From an uncultured Verrucomicrobiales bacterium (GTDB taxonomy: Bacteria > Verrucomicrobiota > Verrucomicrobiia > Verrucomicrobiales > DEV007): a DNA stretch of 44,805 nt. The stretch lies in assembly GCA_938091905.1 (NCBI GenBank), contig CALKOM010000137.1, forward strand, positions 1-44,805, written 5' to 3'. The notes under the pieces are model-generated. The model ran no database searches. It was given only the letters and a program-made list of their open reading frames with translations, and was not told the DNA's origin. Made by a program: the position numbers and the translations under genes. This document shows positions 29,273-37,226 of this stretch, piece by piece (within the stretch, counting starts at the first letter, position 1; each line of letters begins with the position of its first letter).

Positions 29273-29842
29273 TTAAGCGCGGCGGCGGCGAGCAACCAAC
29301 CCGGCGCAACCTAAGAGCATTAGTAGACTGGAGCTGGGCTCTGGAATGGTGCTAACCCGGACGAACACACCACCCTGGCCAGCAGCGCCGACGCCGTCGT
29401 TGACAAGCTGGAAAACAGCATCACCAATAAGGTTGGGAATGATGTTGATGGACCCTGAACCCCAACTGGCATCTGCAAACGTGACATCCGGATCCTCTAC
29501 AAGTGACGTTAGATCATCGCCAGCACCGGCTGTTGTCGAACCGAGTACTGTGAGGCCGCTGTTGAAGTCTAGCACGGAGTAGCTGTCATCATTGTTCCTG
29601 ATGTCGGTAACGTCGACAACACCAATTTGTCCGGAAGGGACAGCAAAGGAAAAGAGGTCATTGTCGCCCGCCACACGAATGGAGTTCGTTGGGCCTTGCC
29701 ACGCGATACCGGAGTCAGCCGTAACCCACTGAAGGCGAGTCCATACGCCATCGTTTGCTATCAAAGTAACACTAGCCTGGCTTGACTGAATGGCGACCAG
29801 AGCTAAAGCGCCGGTGAAAAGAATCTTGAGGTGTCTCTGCAT
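29273..29842 (-). CDS. PEP-CTERM sorting-domain protein (paralog of 28028..28642)
   Basis: Signal peptide; C-terminus TIPEPSSSLLMLLGCAGLVARRRRA. Confidence 0.93.
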   Translation of the reverse strand: MQRHLKILFTGALALVAIQSSQASVTLIANDGVWTRLQWVTADSGIAWQGPTNSIRVAGDNDLFSFAVPSGQIGVVDVTDIRNNDDSYSVLDFNSGLTVLGSTTAGAGDDLTSLVEDPDVTFADASWGSGSINIIPNLIGDAVFQLVNDGVGAAGQGGVFVRVSTIPEPSSSLLMLLGCAGLVARRRRA

Positions 29843-29913
29843 AGTAATGGGTTCTAACCTTTTTAAACTTGTCTAGAATACTAGAGCATCTACTCCAATA
29901 ATGCAAAGACGGA

Positions 29914-30901
29914 TTATCTATTTCCCGAATTTAAGGGGATAAAAATGGCCATTGTCGAGTATTTCCAGCTTCTCGTTTCAGATTTGCGACTAGCGGCGCC
30001 CTCGGTAAGAGACCAACGCAGTGTCGCGGCGGCGAACGCCGGATAGAGGCATTCCACCATGCCCCACCAGTTCTCCTTGCCTTGACGGCCTTCTGGATAG
30101 CGAAGACACAAAGCTGGGTTGCCTTTCGTCAGCACGGAAACGACGGCAGTTTCTTCCCGAATGCGTGCATCTGCTGTAAAACCGAGCGTTCTGCTGAATG
30201 GTCAAAGAGTCGCCAGAATTCGGGTCCGTCTCGGCAGTGCGGCAGTTCACTTTGCAGATACTCTCCCAACCGATGGGATCGGCGCACAGTGCCTCGCCAT
30301 TCAGAGGCTTGCGCGACTTGCTTCCGGACGTTGGACAACTCCTTGCCAATTCCCAGATAGCGCCCAAGCGAGATTAATGCCGATAAATAGGGTGGCGGCC
30401 ACAAGCGGTAGTGCATGGCCGTGGGTCCAGAAAACCGCGAGAGCAGCCAGGCTATGCGTGAGGCAAAGCAGATAGAGGTAGAAGACGGCGCGCCGGGTAG
30501 AGTGATCCCTGTCTAGTAGGCGGTGTTGGATATGCCCCGCGTCTCCCCTAACTGTGGCAACGGTGAGTTGTCCTATTAGCTTTGTCTTGGCCCCAAGCGG
30601 ACGGAGGTCGTCCCAGAGGCCGAGGAGAAACATGCATCGAACTGTAAGGAAGTAAGGACCTGAGGACACCATTGATCTGATCAAGAATGCTGAACCCAAG
30701 GATCCAGCTTACCACAAATCCAAAGGCAATGGCGACGCCTCCGATTCTTGGGATGAGTTGACGTTCGGATTTGCGGTAGCGCTCTTCCGGACTGGATTCG
30801 GGTGTGAAAGCGACCAGGCCCGAGCAAAGCAAGGTCCAGGAGGCCAGCGCAGCCGCGACGCTTGCTGAGCAGGCCAGAAGTGCCATCAAGCTGTTTGTCA
30901 T
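29914..30901 (-). pseudogene. WecA/MraY-family (glycosyltransferase 4) undecaprenyl-phosphate sugar-1-phosphate transferase pseudogene
   Basis: IPRIGGVAI, FLLGLWDDLRPLGAKTKLIGQ and D-GHIQHRLL motifs are spread over different frames. The central catalytic segment is missing and there are several frameshifts. Confidence 0.8.
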
Positions 30902-30960
30902 AGGGGGAATTCGGAAATAGTGTTTCAGTCACGTGCTCAAACTCAGTTTACTGGTGTGAT

Positions 30961-32832
30961 ATGGCCTTTCTGGAATTATTAAAAAAATCAAATTTTTCCA
31001 TAGTTTCAAGAAACTCTAATTTCTTGAAATTCCGATGGGTCTCCGCATGCCTTAGCTGTTTGTTAGTCGGGTTCGTGAGTCCGACGGCCAAAGCGCTTTC
31101 AGGCGGCAGTGAAGCCGAAAGTGCGAGCTATCCATGGATGGTAAGTCTTTTAAACGGAGAGGGTAATGCTCCGGAATCTTCTGCCTTCTGTAATGGCGTC
31201 TTGATTCATCCATCCTGGGTCCTAACCGCAGCACACTGTGTCCTCGAACGGGCGACGACCGATTTCGAAGTTGCCTTCGGCTTAGGTTCGCTCGGTGCCT
31301 CAGGTGGCGAACGGCGCCGTGTGGTGGAGATGATCATCCACCCCCGCTACCTATTCCGAGATCAGCAGCATGACGGTGATCTTGCCTTACTCAGACTCGC
31401 GACGCCTGTTGAATACGAACCGCTGCGATTGCTTGAGCGAGAGCCTGACCGCGGCGTAGCAGCTCGCGTTGTGGGATGGGCTGATGGTGGCGATCGTGCC
31501 TTGTCTGAGATCTCGATGGATTTGCTAGAGCTTGGTGAAGCGCAGCAAGCAACGGGCGAAGGGTTCTTCCTCGATGCCCTTCCAGTCTACGCTGGTTCGT
31601 CGACCGCAGGAATCTGCTATGGTGACAGTGGTGGGCCTCTTCTCGTTCCCGAGGGAGGCGATTTCCGTCTGTGCGGGATCGCTAGCTATGTCGTCGGTCG
31701 CTGCGAGGGGTATGCGGTCTACACCAATCTTCAGTTCTACCGCCCGTGGATGATGGGACATGTCTTCCCAGCCTTTGATGCTTGGCGGGGCGAGCATGGG
31801 ATTGAGTCTCTTTGGGAGGATACCGATGGCGACGGCTACGACAATTTCCTGGAATTTGCGCTCCTTGCTGATCCGCGATTGCCGAATCGGCCTGAAGCGC
31901 TAATCGCCCCTCGGATTCAAGAAGATGGTCGCCCTGTGATTCGCTTTGCCCATCGGAAGACGGCTGGATACGCAGTAGAAGTTTCCGAGGACTTGCGTCA
32001 TTGGGCGCCTGTAGACTCTGCCCAGGTGGTCTCAAGTGAGCCTCATGGTGATGTCAGCATCGATCTCACTGTGGCAAGCCCCTATGCGCTCGATGAATAT
32101 CCTAATCACTTTCTACGAACTCGTAGTTTTCCACAGACGAATGCTCAGGTAATTGGGCGTGCTGCGGGGGCTGAGCTCTATCTTAAAGGAGACGCCAGTG
32201 GAATGACCAATCCAGATACGGGCAAATTTGAACAACGTTACCTCGTGCAGGGGCTGGTGACAGGAAAGACACGATTCAACTTTGTGGCACCATTCTTCGC
32301 GCCCAAAGTAAGCTGGCTAGACCATGCCACGGGGGATGTGTTGGCCGAATTGAGTTCAGATGGCGGACCGATCCTCAAGGGAGACGTGACGACTGAGAAA
32401 GGGAAGGTCTATGAAGTGGTGCTTACCTCGGTGGGAGTGAATGCCATGGGACGTTTCACGTTTAACTATCCCTTGCTTCTCAACGTGTTGACCTTTCTCG
32501 AGTTGGACCGCCAACCCGTTCAGGGCCAATTGGATGACAGCAGTGACTTCCGAGGAAATTTCTTTTCAAAAGCCTACCAGATCATCGGGCCGTTTTCGGG
32601 TGAAACCATTGGTGTTACGCTGACTTCGAACCCAGCTCAAGGTGGATTTCGCCCGTATTTGGCGATCGTCAATAGCGACGGAGAGACCGTTGTGCAAACG
32701 ACGGGCGAACCAGAGACAGAGACTTCGGTGACTTTTGTGGTCGTTACGGGGCAAACCTACTACGCTTTTGCCACGACGTTGCTTCAGGAGAAGCAGGGCC
32801 TCTTTACGCTTTCTGCCACGAGAAGCCCTTGA
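30961..32832 (+). CDS. Secreted trypsin-like (S1) serine protease with C-terminal accessory domains
   Basis: Triad motifs LTAAHC, GDLALLRL, GDSGGPL; then a DTDGDGYDNFLEFAL module and PPC-like beta domains. Exact start uncertain. Confidence 0.9.
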   Translation: MAFLELLKKSNFSIVSRNSNFLKFRWVSACLSCLLVGFVSPTAKALSGGSEAESASYPWMVSLLNGEGNAPESSAFCNGVLIHPSWVLTAAHCVLERATTDFEVAFGLGSLGASGGERRRVVEMIIHPRYLFRDQQHDGDLALLRLATPVEYEPLRLLEREPDRGVAARVVGWADGGDRALSEISMDLLELGEAQQATGEGFFLDALPVYAGSSTAGICYGDSGGPLLVPEGGDFRLCGIASYVVGRCEGYAVYTNLQFYRPWMMGHVFPAFDAWRGEHGIESLWEDTDGDGYDNFLEFALLADPRLPNRPEALIAPRIQEDGRPVIRFAHRKTAGYAVEVSEDLRHWAPVDSAQVVSSEPHGDVSIDLTVASPYALDEYPNHFLRTRSFPQTNAQVIGRAAGAELYLKGDASGMTNPDTGKFEQRYLVQGLVTGKTRFNFVAPFFAPKVSWLDHATGDVLAELSSDGGPILKGDVTTEKGKVYEVVLTSVGVNAMGRFTFNYPLLLNVLTFLELDRQPVQGQLDDSSDFRGNFFSKAYQIIGPFSGETIGVTLTSNPAQGGFRPYLAIVNSDGETVVQTTGEPETETSVTFVVVTGQTYYAFATTLLQEKQGLFTLSATRSP

Positions 32833-32919
32833 GCGTTGACAAGGCGCGACAGGCATCAGAACCTCAAGGGGCGGCGGAAGGGCAATAGTTCCCCTCATTT
32901 CGCAAATTGATCCTGAACG

Positions 32920-34755
32920 GTGGCCAGACCTTCCCTAACCAATCGGCTTCAGCTCAAGCCCCGCGCCCCGCGCTCCAAAGATGGTGCCTCGGCTCTGCAG
33001 GTTGATGCATACAATGATTTCGAGCCACGTCTTCAGTTTTACATGGACGAGGTGCGTCGGAATTGGCCGGGTGGGGCACCTGTTAGTTGGAAAGATGCTA
33101 TTCGGCTGCGTCAGTGGTCTGGCGCTTACCCAGGAATTCATTGGGCCGCAGTTGAATGTTTGCTAGAGTTGGGGCGGGCCTCAAGAGGAGGAGCGCGGGA
33201 GATCGTTCTTGCCTGGCAGACATTGGCATTGGGAGCGGTGCATGTCATTGTGGACGGGGGCGGACTTCCGCAGGGACTGTCAAGCGCGGCCTTGGCAGGA
33301 TTGCTGAAAAGAGCTGAGGAATGTCTTCCTGCGTTTGGGACGGTCCACAAAGTTGGGTTTGTGTCGGTAGACGAAATTGCACGGGCTCTTGAGCGGCACG
33401 CGCAACACCCGGGAGTTCGCGGTGACGAGTTGCGGGCAGGGTTCGTTAAAAGTCTTAATGATATGTTAGAGTTTCGCGAACGCCTGCATGCTCCAGCTGG
33501 AACGGATTTGGTTTCGGCCCTCCACTACATCTTAATTGAGCATCCCAAGGTATTCTCGCTAGCATTGCAGTTGCCGTCTCCTCGGCCCCAGGAAGCGACT
33601 TTCGAAAGTGCCCCGTCTGTTGTTCCGGCAAATGAGTCGGATGCCCTCTTGGAAAGCTTGCTCAAGGTCGAAGATCAGATGGGGCTCGCAGACGGTCAAG
33701 TGACGCCTCCTGCTAGTGATAGTCGGCGACCACGTAGGCTAGAAGCCCCAGTGGAAAGATCAGTTTCTGAAGTTGCCGCACGCAGTTCTTCCAAATTTAG
33801 TTTGTCTAGCGGCTTTCGCAAACCTATGCCGCGGGCATCCTCTAGTGGATCGCGCCGTCCCTCCTACGCTAAAACTGAAAGGGCCTGGAGTGAGACTGAG
33901 AGTGATGTTCTGAGCCTTTCCAACAAGCTTCAGTGGATCAGTGTGCTTCTCGGCGGCTCCTGCCTTCTTGTGGTGTTCGTTGTCATGACTGGTCACTGGA
34001 CGATCAACGCACGAGGCGCCGGTGAGGAGGCGCAGGTGCGCTTGAGGGGCTTGCCCAATCCGTTAGACACCGTGGATGCTTTTGCGAATGCATCGACCAT
34101 AGAAGAGAAGATTGCTCTTTTGCAAGATCCGGCAGATGCGGATGCTGCGCGCAAGCACTTTGCCAATGCTTGGGACCATGAATTTGAAGTGGATTACGTG
34201 CAATCGCTAGGGCATGGGCGTTCGGGGGGGCATTCCTTTCATGCTTCTCGTATTCGATTTCGAGACGGAAGCTCACGTTTGATCGCAATCCATACAGATC
34301 CGGAAACGGGGCGCCTTTCCATTGATTGGCATGCCTATGCTAGAACAGCGTCGATGCATTGGAACGCGCTCATGCAGGGTGATGGCGATGGAGCTTTGGT
34401 TCGGGCCTTTGTACGGCGGGCAGACTACTACAACTTCGCATTTGAGGACGTCCACCGGTTTGCTTGCTATCAAATTATTTCGCCTGACACGGAGGAGGCG
34501 TTGTATGGCTACGTCGAACGCCGCACACCGCGACATGCGTTGATGGAGGACCTGTTAGCACAGGGTCTGCGGCAACGGATGGCTCTGCGAATCGGTGCCC
34601 CAACTACAGAATCCGAACCCATCCAATACTGGATTGATGAAATCGTTGCGAACGATTGGGTTCTCGATCCCTCCGGCTCTTTGGAGCATTCTGCGTTTGC
34701 CTCTGATGTGGGTTCAAGTGGTGATTTTTCAAGTGGGCCAGCGTATGTTCCGTAA
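32920..34755 (+). CDS. Hypothetical single-pass membrane protein (paralog of 26608..27921)
   Basis: 611 aa; TM near aa 340-360, followed by a domain with IDWHAYAR and DYYNFAF motifs. Confidence 0.72.
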   Translation: MARPSLTNRLQLKPRAPRSKDGASALQVDAYNDFEPRLQFYMDEVRRNWPGGAPVSWKDAIRLRQWSGAYPGIHWAAVECLLELGRASRGGAREIVLAWQTLALGAVHVIVDGGGLPQGLSSAALAGLLKRAEECLPAFGTVHKVGFVSVDEIARALERHAQHPGVRGDELRAGFVKSLNDMLEFRERLHAPAGTDLVSALHYILIEHPKVFSLALQLPSPRPQEATFESAPSVVPANESDALLESLLKVEDQMGLADGQVTPPASDSRRPRRLEAPVERSVSEVAARSSSKFSLSSGFRKPMPRASSSGSRRPSYAKTERAWSETESDVLSLSNKLQWISVLLGGSCLLVVFVVMTGHWTINARGAGEEAQVRLRGLPNPLDTVDAFANASTIEEKIALLQDPADADAARKHFANAWDHEFEVDYVQSLGHGRSGGHSFHASRIRFRDGSSRLIAIHTDPETGRLSIDWHAYARTASMHWNALMQGDGDGALVRAFVRRADYYNFAFEDVHRFACYQIISPDTEEALYGYVERRTPRHALMEDLLAQGLRQRMALRIGAPTTESEPIQYWIDEIVANDWVLDPSGSLEHSAFASDVGSSGDFSSGPAYVP

Positions 34756-35297
34756 CGACAGATTCGCAGGTTCGAAAATATGAGCTGACGGCATCACAAA
34801 TTCTAAAATTTATAGTCAGTGCAATTGTTGGTTTGAGTGAAACCAGTTAATTTGAACTATCCTCCTGAGTTGGTTGAATAGGTCAGCCAGAAGGTTGATT
34901 AGGATAATTAGAAAGTTGTCGTTCCGAGGCATTGGGACATTTCACACATTGATCCTGGCTGGGCGGGGGGAGCTTGGATTGATCACGTTGCCGCAGGCCT
35001 CTGCTGTTCCTAAGCCAGGCGCTGCTCGGTGGCCTGCGCCGCCGTTGCTAGCTCCGGCTCGCTTTTCTGACCTTTTAATCCAAAAGTTCGGTATCTCTCT
35101 GGTGCCGAGCCTTTACTATTCGTAGGGCGGTGTTAGCAAGTCTTAATGGTAAAGGGATAAGAGTATTCTACTTTTCTAGAATTTAATGCTCTGGAGCCGG
35201 GTTCCCGCTTGAAGACAAGGGCTACCTTAGCTATCAATAATCCAATGGGTCTGTAGCCTGATCAGTGATCGAGTTCCGTTCTGGAGGCTTGACCACT

Positions 35298-35309
35298 GGC
35301 GGTAGCGTT
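35298..35309 (+). promoter_or_regulatory. ops-like element (GGCGGTAGCGTT) in the leader of the polysaccharide operon
   Basis: 11/12 match to the E. coli ops sequence GGCGGTAGCGTG, about 45 nt before the first EPS gene. Confidence 0.4.
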
Positions 35310-35354
35310 CCTGCAAGACCAATTCACTTCATCACTTCATCCCTTCATCGATCC

Positions 35355-36470
35355 ATGCGCTTTCCTCCTACCTTAGCCCCTTTTCTAGTATTCTTGCCGA
35401 TCGTTGCGCCCTCGCTTTTCGGGCAGGGCAACGCCGAGGATGACGGCCTGTTACGATTCGACAATGTGGTCTCCGCTTTCTACGATTCCAATATCGACGG
35501 CAACAGCTCTGAGGAATCAGACATTGAGCTTGCCTACAAACCCACCCTGAATTTTACGCGGCGCTCTGGCCTCTTGGGGATCGATGCCAGCGTGGGCGGC
35601 GGCTTCGGTTGGTTCTTGGATAACAGCGAGTATGATTATCAGGACTTCTACTCCAGGTTCGGCATCATGTATCCGAACGACGCCTCGATTCCTTATACAT
35701 TGACTTTGGGAGGTGGCTACAACAGCACCACGACCTTGGATCGGTTCGTTGGCGGGCGAGTGGCCAGTGATAACGCAAATCTGAGTGCTCGCTTTCGTTA
35801 CAATGTCAATGAGCGCTGGGGGTTTAGTCTCAATAGTCGTTGGAGCGAAATAACCTATGATTCGGCACGATACACGGATCAGACCAACTGGGGTGCTGGA
35901 TTTGATTTCGTTTACATCTATTCAGAGAAGCTCGAGGTATTCGCTGGCTATGGTTACTCTGAGACTTCTGCGATCAATGATTATCAAGATCACACCTTCC
36001 GAATCAAAGCAGAGGGCGAGTTGACGCCCAAGCTCACCGGCAACCTGGGGCTGGGCTACCAAATCCGTGAGTCGTCGGCCTTCGGAAATACTGGAGATCC
36101 CTACGTGAATCTTGATCTGGCCTGGGCCGTCAACGAGCGCATTGAGGTTGCTGCCAACAGCGGCATTGGATACAACACGACGTCGACAGGGTCTTCAGGC
36201 ACGACCACCAAACTTGGGATGGTTGCTGCGATGGCCCTGAGTGCTTCTCTCACTGGTTCTCTGGGTGTCAGTTACAATGAGTCGGAGTATTCGGACTTTG
36301 GGTTGGATCGCTCGGACGAATATCTCTCCTACCAGGCGGCACTCGCTTGGCAGCTAGGAGCATCTGCGGCACTCACCGGCTCGGTCACCTTTGAGGATGC
36401 GGATTCTACGAGAGATCAGCTTGTCTACGACCGCCTTCGTGCAGGGCTGAACCTCCGGATGTCCTTCTAG
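35355..36470 (+). CDS. Outer-membrane beta-barrel of polysaccharide export loci (BBP2/EpsL-like)
   Basis: Signal peptide, YDSNI motif, many aromatic beta-strands, C-terminal LRMSF; first gene before the wza/wzc homologues. Confidence 0.78.
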   Translation: MRFPPTLAPFLVFLPIVAPSLFGQGNAEDDGLLRFDNVVSAFYDSNIDGNSSEESDIELAYKPTLNFTRRSGLLGIDASVGGGFGWFLDNSEYDYQDFYSRFGIMYPNDASIPYTLTLGGGYNSTTTLDRFVGGRVASDNANLSARFRYNVNERWGFSLNSRWSEITYDSARYTDQTNWGAGFDFVYIYSEKLEVFAGYGYSETSAINDYQDHTFRIKAEGELTPKLTGNLGLGYQIRESSAFGNTGDPYVNLDLAWAVNERIEVAANSGIGYNTTSTGSSGTTTKLGMVAAMALSASLTGSLGVSYNESEYSDFGLDRSDEYLSYQAALAWQLGASAALTGSVTFEDADSTRDQLVYDRLRAGLNLRMSF

Positions 36471-36570
36471 AATTGGCAATGTTGGGGGAGGAAACCTTGT
36501 TTAGACGATTTCCTGTGCTTACTTCTAGAAATCTTGTTTTGTCTTTCCCTGAATCCTTAACGATGTGCTC

Positions 36571-37149
36571 ATGACTCCCATTCTAAGATCCACGATTTTG
36601 ATGCTGACATTCCTGTTGGGGAGCGTGTTCGCGCAAGATACGCCAGAGGTGAGCTATAAGATTTCTCCTAATGACAAGGTGTCAGTGAGTGTCTTTGATG
36701 AGCCGGATCTCGCGGTTGAGGTAGCCGTCGCGGCCAATGGTAGGATCACTTTGCCCATGATCAATGAAGTTCGGGTAGCGGGCAAGTCGGCCCATGAGGC
36801 TCAGCTTGCCATTGCTCAGGCCTACAAAAGCCAGCAATACCTTCGTAATCCTCAGGTGACGGTGACGGTGACAGAATTCGTGCAGCTTTCGGTTTCCGTG
36901 CTTGGCCAGGTTGGTAGGCCTGGGAACATCCCGATACCAGGAGGGCAAAAGCGAATAGATCTACTTACCGCCATTGCCAATGCGGGCGATTTCAAAGGCA
37001 TCGCCAACACCAAGAAAGTGCGGATCACACGGAAGACCAACAAGCGGGTCGAGACGCATAACGTGAAGGACCTGATGAGTGGTGGGACGGGCAAGACAAT
37101 CTATCTCTACCCGGGTGATGTCGTGTTTGTGCCTCAGCGCATCATTTGA
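36571..37149 (+). CDS. wza: Polysaccharide biosynthesis/export (OPX, short Wza-like) protein
   Basis: YKISPNDKVSVSVFDEPDL...G-ITLPMI...VAG...YLRNPQV (Poly_export domain), plus SLBB motifs VLGQVGRPG and LYPGDVVFVP. Confidence 0.9.
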   Translation: MTPILRSTILMLTFLLGSVFAQDTPEVSYKISPNDKVSVSVFDEPDLAVEVAVAANGRITLPMINEVRVAGKSAHEAQLAIAQAYKSQQYLRNPQVTVTVTEFVQLSVSVLGQVGRPGNIPIPGGQKRIDLLTAIANAGDFKGIANTKKVRITRKTNKRVETHNVKDLMSGGTGKTIYLYPGDVVFVPQRII

Positions 37150-37226
37150 AGACAAGAGGCTTCACTTTTAGTAAAGTTAGTTCGCCTTTTTGAAGAGAAA
37201 TTTCGCCCTGATGGGCGCACTATGGT

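Noticed and set aside
34874..35125. 83-aa ORF in the EPS operon leader
   Set aside because: TTG start, no family features; more likely non-coding regulatory DNA.
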